A DNA stretch of 64,000 nt. Source: Orbicella franksi. Lineage: Eukaryota. Positions 48,823 through 60,462 of the stretch are shown piece after piece. The notes under the pieces were generated by a model. It saw only the letters and a program-made list of their open reading frames with translations, was not told the origin of the DNA and searched no databases. The DNA is taken from assembly GCA_964199315.1 (NCBI GenBank), contig OZ116708.1, positions 13,330,001 through 13,394,000 of the forward strand. Reading direction: 5' to 3'. The number at the start of each line of letters is the position of its first letter. The first letter of the stretch is position 1. The position numbers were made by a program, and so were the translations under genes.

Positions 48823-50365
48823 TAACGTCTGATTGAGTGGCAGGAAACGATTTCGCCAGGTTGTGAGTATCGATTTTTATCGATTGATCGATAGCATCGA
48901 TAACACTTAAATTCAGTTTATTTATAGATATCGATTTATTAAGTGTTTTTTCGATATCGATTTTTATAGATTGTCTACCCCGAGACTGACCGAATCAAAA
49001 GCCAAGTGTAAATAGGCTTACTTACAATGAAAAATTGTAGCCAACCCTATAACGTAAAAGCCTACCGCTATCAACAAGGGAAAACGAGGAAAAAAAATCA
49101 GATGGCTCACCTCGTAACCTTTTTAATAAAGAAAGAACTGTACCTATTGGCTGCCTTCTCGTGTCCACATTTCATGGCGTTCAATTCAACTTCGAATTTT
49201 TCAGTGACAGGTCTTTCTACACCTGTACACGTTGCTTATGATCTGACATGTTTCTAACTGAGCACGAATTTTTCGGATACCTAAAAAAGGAAAACTGACC
49301 TGAATTGAGACCTGAAAACTCTGTTTAAAATGGTTAAATCAGACGTGTTTTTCAGGGTTACAAACTTGCCAGAAAATGGCAGGTAAATGTCTTGTTCCCA
49401 GTGCTCCTCGACCCCTCTCAATATAGGAGAATCCGCTGAGCGATGTGAGAGCAGGCGCTGGGCTATGTGAAGGGCGACATCTAGAGAGATCTAGAGAGTG
49501 CTTGCTAGCTAAAAGTGATTGACTTACGTCGGAAGGAGGGCTCTCTGTTTCCCTTAAAATCTGCCCTTGAAATCTGCCCTTGAATTAAGGCTCAATTTTT
49601 CGCTCTCATTATCACAAAATCATAAAGCTTTGCTGATCAGCAATCCTGTAGGAAAATTTCATGCAAGTTGGTTTGTTGTGTGTGGAGTCATACACACGAG
49701 GAATGTGTCCAAAACAGAAAACCGCTGCCTGTCTTCTTGCACATCGATTTATTTAGGGCATACAATTCAGCCCAATAGCCCTCTTAATTTAATGGTTTAA
49801 GCTTTTTAATATTCGCATTACAATGTAATCCAACGCAGATGTGGTGCAATTTCGGGCCGGAACTACAAACTTTGCCTCACATAATACGTTATTTTGACAA
49901 TTAACAACATCCAAATAAATAACTTTGACTCTTCGCTTTTAGGCTTGGCTAAATCTATATGTTATACTTTTTCAGTGGTAACGCTAGGTTAAATGAAAAT
50001 CTTAAAAGCCGTAGAAGCAGTTAATGAGTCGTCTGAGGGGTTGCAAAACACAAAGAAAGCTACAAAATGCGACGGCGAAAATGCAACGGCGACTTCTACA
50101 ATTACAAAAAGTGGCTTACCACATTTTGATAATTCACCTCAGGGTACACGTTCCGAATAGGAGCTTCCAACAAAACTTACGAAGACTGAACCAACCTAAT
50201 CATTTCAGTAGATCAATGAATGTGGGACTAAATTGTGTTTGCCGTTTGTAGATTCATTAAACTTTGAAGTCTTTTGTTGACCACATGATGTATCCTGTGA
50301 CTTTCTTAGGCTACTACTCATTATCAGTGCTCACGAATTTACTTTTTTGCACACTTCAGAGTCAT

Positions 50366-50503
50366 TTTTTTGTTGTTTGTTATGGTAGAGCAGTGGTTCA
50401 AGTAACTTGAGAATTATTACCATAGAACTAAAGTCATGTTTTTTTTGTTTGTTATGCTAGAGCAGTGGTTCAAGTTACTTGAGAATTATTACCATAAAAC
50501 TAA
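50366..50503. repeat. Two-copy ~68-bp tandem duplication
   Basis: TTTGTTATG.TAGAGCAGTGGTTCAAGT.ACTTGAGAATTATTACCATA.AACTAAAG occurs twice. Confidence 0.85.
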
Positions 50504-51170
50504 AGACTATCTGGATAAATTATTTCTCTCAACCGTTACCCTCTCTAGGTCACCTTTCATTAGGATGAATTGCCTTTGATAAAATCATATGTTTTTGTAT
50601 AATGGACCAGGATACTCACCAACGGTAAAAAGTTTCATTCTGTGGTTTAAAAATGTTATTTCGGACGAGTGGGCTAGCGAATAAGGCTGAAATAACTATT
50701 TTGTCGGTACTAGATACAACAAGGGCCTGGGTTCCAGGCCGGGGTATCATGTAGGGGTATATAACACCGGTTATAACACGTGGTTGTCATCTAGGCTTCA
50801 GAACCAACCACGTTCTTTCTTTTCGTTTCATTTAATTCTTTCTTTGTTTAGTTCTTTCTTTTCTAGGTACCATGCTTCCAGTCTGGTAGGATCGGCTGTT
50901 CAAATTTCCTTTTTGTAAAGCCTTCGTAGGATGGGCTTCTATTCGCTTGGAGCTTGAGCCTTGGTTCTTACCCAGATTTCCTGCACATATTTTCCCCACA
51001 GGGGTTTTTTCTGGCAGGTTTTTTCTGGCGTCCAAACAAAAACCGCATTTGCCTTGTTAGCGGTTGCTCAGCTCTACTAGTTTTTAAGACTTGTTCGTTT
51101 TCTTCTTGTATTTTGCACTTTAGGTTTATATTGCATTTTATTTATATTGTACGTCGGAGTTGATTTTCCC

Positions 51171-51230
51171 CAGCCTAACTGGCAGCCTAACTGGCAGCCT
51201 AACTGGCAGCCTAACTGGCAGCCTAACTGG
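51171..51230. repeat. Minisatellite (CAGCCTAACTGG)x5
   Basis: Five perfect 12-bp units; a sixth copy at ~51323. Confidence 0.95.
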
Positions 51231-52864
51231 CACAAAGCTTGTAATGAGAGCTTATTTGGGGAAGTAGGCCAAGATGGCCTGTTTATCTTATAGACAAATG
51301 TAATGACGGAGCTGATATCCCCCAGCCTAACTGGTACCAAGACTGATTGCTTATTCGGAGAAGTAGGCCATATATTTTGTGTATTAATTGAGGTGTTGTT
51401 GCTCAGCAGCCCTACTGGCTCTATCAAATGACTTGTACGTGCGGAGATAGCTTTATTCTTGGTTGCTTTTCAAGGATTTGTCATGTAAATTGTAAACTGA
51501 TTGTGTTCGGGTTGGTTCTCGCCAGGCCCTCCCAAAATAAACTTATTTGGTTCAGCGATGCTGTGTTGTTATTTGTTGTGGAGTGGAGACAAAATAGTCC
51601 GTGACCAGTGGTAGTTAGGAGCATCTTGTCTATCAACTTAAAGGCCACCATGATGCGATCAAGTTTGTCATAAAGCACGGTATAGTTTTTCAGTGCAACA
51701 CACCCAATATGGTGGTTTAAAATGCTGACTAGTGGAGTTATCACCAAAAGGCATGTTGAATTTCTAGCTTCGACTTTTCTCGCAATCAACAAGAGCAGCT
51801 AAAAATAAAACTTCACCCATAGCCTGTCGGCAAAATGACTAGCAGATCTTTTATGTCAAAGAAATCTCTGATTGCTTTACTCTGCTTATTAATGAGACCC
51901 TGCTCCTGTGCAATTTAGTATAATTTATTAAAGCCACATCCATACAGGGGGAGGGGCAGATCTAACAGTACCAGCGAGGATATTTATATGGGTAACAACA
52001 ATGCATCCCTCCCCCGCCTTTGCTGGGTAGACGCAGTAAGCAGAAACAAAACGCTGATTATGGTGGCAAAACATGGGTGGCAGGGAAGACAGAGCCTATC
52101 TCTCCTAGAGTAGCGGCGTCTCTAGGGGAACCTATGTTACTAAGGGGACCAGAACAGAGGTGCTCTTCTGGGAGGACAATAGGTCAGATGGTACGATGGC
52201 ATTATCTTGGAGAGATCCGGACCTATTTCCTTGGGGGTAACATAGGATGGACCAGAAGGGGGGTGCCCTTTTGGGAGGACAATAGGTTAGATGGTACGAT
52301 GACACCATCCTGGAGAGATCCGGACCTATTTCCAAGGGTGGCCATAGCATTTACTGTGGGGCGAAGTGTAGCCTAGGTTGCACTTCCCTGCCACCAAAAA
52401 ACCTTTATTGACTAAGCAGCTATGGTTTACACACAATATAACAAATAGAACGTGGCAGTGAATAAACCGAGAAGGCTTAGCAGGCGAAAGCCACCTTTTC
52501 ACGAAAGGCAATTATAACCACATGGAGGAAAAAGATGGGAAAGGACAAAGCTACCAATACAGGGAGGGAGGGGAAAGCAGAGAACGACCTAGCTTGAATA
52601 CTAGCTCACAACTGGGACAGGGTCAGAAAACAATGGGATTTTACTAACTGGGGATTGAAGGAGTTGGGGGGGGGGGGTATAGCACGCTGAAATCACATGA
52701 GAGCATGGTGGAAAATCACTGGGAGCTTTGTCGTATGATTTCCCATATGGTAAAACGATTGCGTTACATTGGACATTGACCTAAGGCTATTGCACAATGA
52801 CTAATCGGGGGGAAGATAACAGAACTGGTGACAACCTTAGATGACAGCTACAGAGCCTACATCA

Positions 52865-53710
52865 CACCCCTGCTGCGGGTGCAGTGGTAGCTGTACCAAT
52901 ACGGAAACTGTGTGTGATCTAATGATCAGCAGGTAGGCCATCAAATTGCAGAGCAGAACGGAGCTCCTTAATCAGGGAGGCACGGGAAGGTAAACAAAGG
53001 TGAATGTAGACAAAGGGCCCGTAGCAGCTGGTTTACATTGTAGCAGGTAGTCTCTCCTAGCCATCACAGAACAGAGAGAGGTGTTGGACCTTGCTATGGT
53101 TAAGGTACAGCCTTTGGGAAAGGGGTCAGGTTTTGGATTGCTTAATGGAAACAAGCAAGTGGTTGGGGGATTCAATGTTAGGGATAAAGGTAATATCCCT
53201 TAGACAAACATGGACAGTAGGGTCAAAACTACTGCTATTACAAGCGAATTCACTTGTACGTAGAAAACCAAAAAAGGCTAAGGGGAAGGCAGCCCACAGC
53301 ATTATACGGTCTACATTGCAACTTTGGGGAGGTTGGAAATAATTGTAAATTGAAACCAATATTTGAATGGTTATGGGGCGGCGAGTTAATTTGGGAGGCA
53401 TTTGAGACCGTTTAATGCCATTGAGGACCTTTTGCAGGCGATACATTTTTGATAATTTTACTGGAAAATTATGTTGCCTATGGAGATCTTGAACTGCAAA
53501 CAGGTAAAGTTTGATTGTATTGTAAGATATGGTTTTGGCCAGGTGGGCAGCGAAATAAATTAAGGTGATTTCAGATGCCGAGAGAAGAGGGGAAGAGGGA
53601 CCAATGATACCTTGTAGGAGGCAAAAGGAAATAAAAAGATCCTGGCCGACACCACAGGCTCGATGGGTATTATAGGCCAGCGAGGCACCAAAGTAATGGT
53701 AGACGGAAGC
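52865..53710 (-). pseudogene. Tyrosine recombinase remnant
   Basis: FFGFLRTSEF (R), IKQSKTDPF (K, across a frameshift), HSFRIGTAT (H-x-x-R). The downstream GRW..Y segment is absent. Confidence 0.85.
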
Positions 53711-53712
53711 TG

Positions 53713-54520
53713 TTAAATGGCCATTGCTGATGGAGGGATGGCACAGGGGGTGGGTGAGGCATTAGGAGCCAGAGAGTGGAAGCGATCCATCTGACAACGG
53801 TACAGAGAATCAGCTATCGAGTTGTCCAGCCCTGAGATATGTTTGGCAGTGAAGGTAAAGTTATGTACTAGGGTCAAAATAGTAATGGAGCGGACCAGAT
53901 CCATGATCCTGGATGACTTGGAACGTTTTAAATTAATGATAGTAACAACAGGGAGGTTGTCACACCAGAAACAAATACGTTTACCTGACCAGTGGGGACC
54001 CCAGAGAAAGCAGGCAATATAAATAGCAAAAGGTTCCTGCCAGTCAATGCTGATCCCAGTAACAGGGTTAAGGCAGTGCTGAGGGAACAAGTGGCTTTGG
54101 AACCATTGCCCATTAAGGTACCCACCATAACCGAGAGACCCAGAGGCATCGGTAAATAACTGGAGATCTGGAAAGGAGAGAACAGTGTCCCCCAGGAAAA
54201 AACTAACCCCATTCCAGTGTTCAAGAAAGGCCGGCCACATGGAAACGTCCTTGCGGAATTCTGTATTAAGTTTGATGTGGCATCTAGAGTTGAAAATACC
54301 CTTGGTTAAACTAATAATGCGCTGCAGAAAAGTTCGGCCTGGGAGTACAACCCTGCAGAGAAACTGAAGGGTACCAATCATGGACTGAAGTCCTTTCAGG
54401 GTAGCAGATTTCTTAAGAGACCACTCATTCAAGGCCTCTTTGGTCCTGGTTAGCTTGTCCAGTGGGAGACGGGCTTCCATTGTTTTGGAATCCAGGAAAA
54501 CACCCAGAAACTCCAGGGAC
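53713..54520 (-). pseudogene. RT thumb/RNase H remnant
   Basis: ORF 53713-54615 carries DIRS/Ngaro-type RNase H motifs; its N-terminal part is a deletion junction. Confidence 0.85.
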
Positions 54521-57038
54521 AAACTCCATGCAACAGCTTCATACAGAACCAATCTTCTGCTTGGCCTGGATACCCATCGTGGTTTTTGACAATTCTGAAC
54601 GCGACGGCGAGTCAAGCAACACGATCGACGCTTCGTCAGCTCGAGTCAGCAAACTACACATTACTCCACACAAAATGACTTCCCTGTACCGGTTTTCATT
54701 GCAAACAATGCTTGAGTATTAAAAACCCATTTAAGGACGTCAAACTTGCCAAAAAACCCAGAAGTATCAAGAATCTTTCGGACCTTAAAACGACGCAAAA
54801 TACCGATCCTTTCGTCGAACTCGGAAAAGTGATTGATCGAAAGCGCAGGCTCGGCGATGAAAGGGACAGATGGTTATGACCACTGACCAGCTACTGTGAC
54901 GTCAATAAAACGTATTTCCGCAGTGCCGCCATAGGCCCAGAGCCTTGCAGTAACTTGAAACAACGTTCCGAATCGAGGTGCTATGCTTACGTAGGTAATT
55001 ACCATAGCACAGATAAAGGCTATTCTTCAGTTCGACATAGCAGCTAATGGTCTCAAACGTACGGAGCGCAGTGAAAGAAAAGCCCATCCTGTTTCCAGGA
55101 ATTAAAAAAAAAAAATCCGTGGATGTCAAACTTCCCGACACCGAGTACCCTTCTCCCTGGAAAAGCTGATAAATATGGAAGTAGTACAAAATCGTTATAG
55201 CAAGAAACTGATGAACAAAGATATGTGGAATAATGATGAAAAAGAAAATAACTCGTGTAAATAATAAAGCAAATCGACAATACTAAGCTTCAAATCAATA
55301 AAATTCTGAAACAGAATATACCTTGTCTTACATTCACTCCCTTAATTGAATTTAAATACACCACAAACCTCTTACGAGAGGTGGTTGTACACATTCCAAA
55401 TTATATTGCGTAGTCTGTGTATTTGATTATTATATTCTTGTTGTGAGTTATGTTAATTATATGGGTTTTACTTCTGTTTCTCTGTTTCTGGTCAACGCTT
55501 AAGCGATTCGCAGAAGTAAGCGTTATGATTATTCCTCAGAACATGAATTTTTTTTCTGAAGAAACCAAAATTCTCGTGAGAAAGTCTTAGAGCAAGATCA
55601 GCTTAAGTGTTCCAAGCAGTTCCCCATTAATAGAATTGGTTTGTCTTATCACTTAAATTAAGAGAAAATTTGTAAGTCCCTTGGAAAACAAGAAAGGTTT
55701 ATAACTATATTGACATAAGATCCACTGCCAGGTGATGCAAATGAAATATTTAACAAAGTTATGAAAAATGCCAAGTTTAAGCTTTTGGAGACGTCGCTAC
55801 GGGCAAGCTTTTTAATGTTTTCCAACGTGAGTGGAAAACCATTTCTACTGAAACAAAATTTGTTTGTATTTTAACTCCTGTCAAGTCTTTCATCTTCCGT
55901 AGTTTCGACTGGAGAAAAATGGATGGTTTTTGAGAGCCTCTCACAAGTCCTGCGTACAGTGAAAGAATGAACAAATATAGGACCTTTTTGAACTGACAGT
56001 CCAAGCAAATTATCTTAACAAGACATGTGCAATTGAAGTGGCTACTCCACCGGAGAAAGTGAAAATAGCAATTCATTGGCTTGTGCGTGTCGATGAAGTC
56101 CAACAACTAGCCAAGTTCAACCTATATGTCCCAAATACAATTCTGATAATCAAGCGAAATTTAGAAATGGGTACGGATAGAAATTTCAGAAAAGCCTGCT
56201 AATCATCTTCAAGTTACCGAGTTTTAAATATCGTAAATCCTCGAATTAGCACCACCCCCCTACCCCCTCCCCTCTCAAATAAACGTTTCCTTCGAGTAAG
56301 CGCCCCTCCTAGCGGCCAAACTTTAAAATAAGCACCCCCCATCCCCTCCCCCAACTTTGTAGACGAGTAATTAGACAACAAAGAATGTATAGTTTTCGTC
56401 GTGTTTAATCACTCTCGTCCAGCCTTTTTTTACACAGTCATTAGCAATTTAAATCTTTACAATACAGGACACGTGCTTCTTTTCTTCTAAGTTGCAACCT
56501 ACAATTTCTTGTTTCAGTTTATAAACACGTTAAGTTTAGAAAAAAAAATATAAGTACTAATGGTGCCGCGATTTAAACTTTGGATAAGCTTTTTATGTCG
56601 ATGAATACCTTATGTTGTTGTTTTCCCGCAGCTGATGTATTATAAAACTGATCATGTCAGGCTACGATTTAGGAAAAATTAAGTAAGCGTCTCCCCCTCC
56701 CCTCTCGATTAAACGCCCCTTTTGAATAGGTGCCTTCCGTCTTTCTTAAATGTGAAATAAGCGCCCTGGGTGCTAACTCGAGGATTTACGGCAAAATGAA
56801 TGAATGCAAAGTTTGAAGAACCTCTCAAAATATATGTTCGCTTTAGTGAACAAATTTATGAGTATATATTATCCTATCGAGCCATTGGATCAGCAAGGTA
56901 GTAAAATTGATGAGAAACATTTCTTAGTAAAAGTACATTTTGCATACAGTAAATTCGTCCCATTCTCTCACGAGGTTAAAGACCTCTGTTCTCTAAATTC
57001 AGCGTTGGTGCATTTTTTTAACCCTCGCTCACAATGAG

Positions 57039-57138
57039 ATGAAAAGAGTCGCTCTTAAAATCTTGCCCGGTCTCTTTATTTCCTTGCTGATGGTGTCCTG
57101 TGTCTTGTCTAGAATATTGGCAGTGGTAAACAAGACAG
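57039..57138 (+). CDS. First coding exon of secreted protein, paralog A (signal peptide)
   Basis: MKRVALKILPGLFISLLMVSCVLSRILAVVNKT-G|GTGAGA; basic N-region, hydrophobic core, 100 nt, phase 1. Confidence 0.65.
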
Positions 57139-58908
57139 GTGAGAAAAAGTAGTCCTCTTGCTTACCGCTAAGATGTTGAAATTAAAAGTGAATATAAATA
57201 AACTTTGTTTTCAAACCTTAAAATATATGACTTTCCATAACTGACAGCCCGAAGCAAGTCATTTAAACAAAACATGTGCAGCTGAAGTGGCCTCTCGAAG
57301 ATATTGGTAATATAGCAATTGTGTTCGAGATTTCACGTCTACAAGTGGTAGAGAGGTGCCTTTATTATAGGATATTGTCACAGCACGTGTTTGGTTGATG
57401 CCCGCCTGGTAAGCGTAATTTGTCTAGATGAAGTTGCCCATTTGGATATACATGACGGTTTTCTCAGTTTCTATCAACTACTTAAGCTTAATCCGAAGAA
57501 AAGTAAAAAAAGTTTAGCAGAAAAAAGAGCAGATAAAACTTGTTTGTTCATTTGCTTTCATAGAATATTTTTACCTATCTTTCTCAACTGTTGATTTAGT
57601 CGATCAGAATCTAACTTGTTACAATTTGATGTTACAATGTCTTTAAGATACGCTCTATAATTTTTTGTTTCCCAACATTAAAAACATAAGAAATATCAGT
57701 TCGTCTTACTTTTCAAGACTTTTCTTGGCTCCTTTTGAATTTTATTTAAAGCTCTCATTATGTTAACCATGAAACATGTATCGCTACCGATCTAATGATT
57801 CAACTCAAGAGTACGGTTTGGTTGGGTTAACGTATAACTAGTAAAGAGCCAAAATGTTGAATTCGGAACTAATCAAAACCCAAAATTGTGAATGCAACAA
57901 TGGCTGAGTCTCGATATTGCATTGAATCTGAAAACCTCTTATTTCGGCAAATTACGATTGCCTTTTCAGGTATCTGACAGCATCTTGTCAATTAAACAAT
58001 TTCTGTCATTCGTTGTGTCGGAAAGACGACCTAATTTTCTTAGAAAGCAGAATTAGAAGTTATTGGAACGTCCAGTGTATGACATTCATTGAAGTTTTGT
58101 AATCTGATTGAAGAGACAAATTCGAATCCCTTGCTAGCAAATTTAAAATTGCAAATCGAAGACTGACAGAAAATGGACTTTCTCAATAGCAATTCATTCG
58201 ACTTTACCTTAAAATCTTGTCGTTTAAAAGGCTTATTGCTTATTGGAAATGTGTTCTACTTGCCTTTTTACCATCTAACTGCAATTCTCGTAGTTACTAG
58301 ACACATGTAAACAAGTTCCAAAACACTTCTGATCCATTTTTACCTCAATAAAAACGAAACATTATAAATATTGTATTTGTCGTTTAAGGCGCTGTTCTAA
58401 TTATCATTTGAAAATTTTGCAGGTATTACTTGGAAAGTGTTCATATATACAAATAAATTGCCGACTAACAATTAACGATATTCCATATCCATTTAGACAA
58501 ATATTTGCCTGCAAAATTTCGTAAAAAAATCTTCGATTTTAACAGCCTGAATCTGTCACATTCTCTCCCACAGTTATATTGCTTGCAAATTGCTTGTTAG
58601 CGCAGGTTTAATCTCATGCCCTAAATTGAGACAGACGCGTTCTTGATGAAAATGTTTTGCAATTACATGGAATTATGATTGTACTGACGACATCTGGTGC
58701 TGTGGATAACTTTTTAAAATCAGGTTGGAAAGAGACACAATTATATTAATTTGCACCTTGGAAAGAAAAACGACTATGGTAAATCTGCACGTTAAATCGT
58801 AAGTACGTTAAAGTACAAAAAAAACTGTATCAACCTCTAACGAGGCAATAAAAAACGCAAAGCTTTTTCTCAAAGTCCTACAAATAACCATTTATCTTGT
58901 TGGTTCAG

Positions 58909-59039
58909 GTATTTCTTTTAATATCTTAGCTCGTTGGGTGACTTTAGTTGTAAAGAATCTTATATCCGCACAAAATGGTTCTGGATCTGAATCTGAATCT
59001 GAAGAGGCAATGGAAACTGAACAAAGAATCTTCGCTTGA
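58909..59039 (+). CDS. Candidate terminal exon for paralog A
   Basis: Acceptor TTTATCTTGTTGGTTCAG; phase-1 open frame GISFNILARWVTLVVKNLISAQNGSGSESESEEAMETEQRIFA*. Could be a chance ORF. Confidence 0.3.
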
Positions 59040-60362
59040 ATCCAACTTCACTGAGTTAAAATCAAACGTACTCCACACGTAGCTTGTACAATTGAAATAT
59101 ATCGGTAAATACCATCGTACAGTAAAATGATGTGATCTGTTTAATCGTTAAAACACTTAAAAATGTATTTTTGGCCATAGAAAAGTCTCATACAAGGAAA
59201 CTGTGTCCTATTCTGTCTTAAAAGAGTGGCACAGGCGTGGGAATTGCCAGTGATTCTATTATTTTTTTTCTTTTCGCACAAGTGGATGATGTGACCTGTT
59301 AAATCGTCAAAACTAGGTCTCTTAAAAGGCTCTATGGCAAGGTCTCAGAAATCCCATTTTTGACGGAAACTTAACATAGTTAGCTCACAAAGTGTTTTCG
59401 TCAATCATTAACTGAAATAACCTAAGTTAAACCTACTGTTTCCATTTCATTTGACATGAAGCTGAAAAGTTTAAACTGGTAAAATTGAAAAATTCTAAAA
59501 ACCTGTTCTTCATCTTGAATTTGAAGGACCACGCCGACAATATTTTACGCCGTATTGAATTACACTTTAGAAAACTATTTTACGTTTCAAGATGAAACAT
59601 TTACGAGCATATATTATCCTACCTGACGATTACAGAATCAATATAATTACAAAATTCCTAAGCGAAAAAATGATTCCAAAGTTGAAATCTAACATTCCCT
59701 TATCCCCCTACCTTCTTGTGCGATTGAAATATCTCAGTTATTGTCATCACAACGTGCTATGGGAGAATCTGCTTAATTGTGTGACGAAAATTTGTCCTTT
59801 ACTGTGTTGGCAGTGGGGTATAGATGTGAAAATTCCCATTAATTCTAGCAAACTGAAAGTTTTCGTGACAAGCACTCTTAAAGTTCCCTAAAAATGCAGT
59901 AGCTTGAAAAAAAATCCTTGCAAATCATGTAAATAAACAAGCTCGACCTGCATGTTTCACAGCCATTTGATGTTAAGAGGCGATCCTAGCAATACAGCGA
60001 TATTTTCAGACCTGTAAAACTAATTTGTAAAACTGAACAATTCTAAAAAGGCTGTTCTTCATCTTGAGTTTTGAAGAACCTCTCAAACAATATTTTTCGC
60101 TCTAGTGAACTCTTCTTTTGAAATCTATTTTAGTTTTCTCGGAATTAAGTAATAGGATGAAAAATTTAAAAGTGTATATTGTCCTATCAGGTGATTGGAC
60201 AATCAATGCAATAACGTAATTCCTAAGAAACATGTTTTTGCTATGGGTTTTGCTATAAGTTTCGATACGGTAAACTTGCATCATTCTCTCAAGAGGTTAC
60301 AAAACTCTCTCTTCTAAGTAAATTCAGTATTGGCGCAATTTTTACCCTCGCTCACTTTTGAG

Positions 60363-60462
60363 ATGAAAAGGCTCGTTGTTAAAATATTGCCCTGTCTCTT
60401 TATTTCTATGCTGATGATACCCAGTGTCTTCTCTGGAAGATTGCCAGTGGTAAACAAGACAG
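60363..60462 (+). CDS. First coding exon of secreted protein, paralog B (signal peptide)
   Basis: MKRLVVKILPCLFISMLMIPSVFSGRLPVVNKT-G|GTGAGT; 84/100 nt identical to paralog A. Flanks 56813-57225 and 60072-60555 are also homologous. Confidence 0.65.

Larger units (their letters stand above)
52000..55000 (-). mobile_element. Ngaro-like tyrosine-recombinase retrotransposon, internally deleted
   Basis: RT C-terminus/RNase H (LEFLG..LFTDASGSLG..CDN..NSIAD) followed by a YR ORF. Gag and most of RT are missing. Ends are approximate. Confidence 0.85.

Noticed and set aside
55980-56110. Third paralog of the signal-peptide gene
   Set aside because: The match is to a dispersed repeat also found at 8 kb; no signal-peptide exon upstream.
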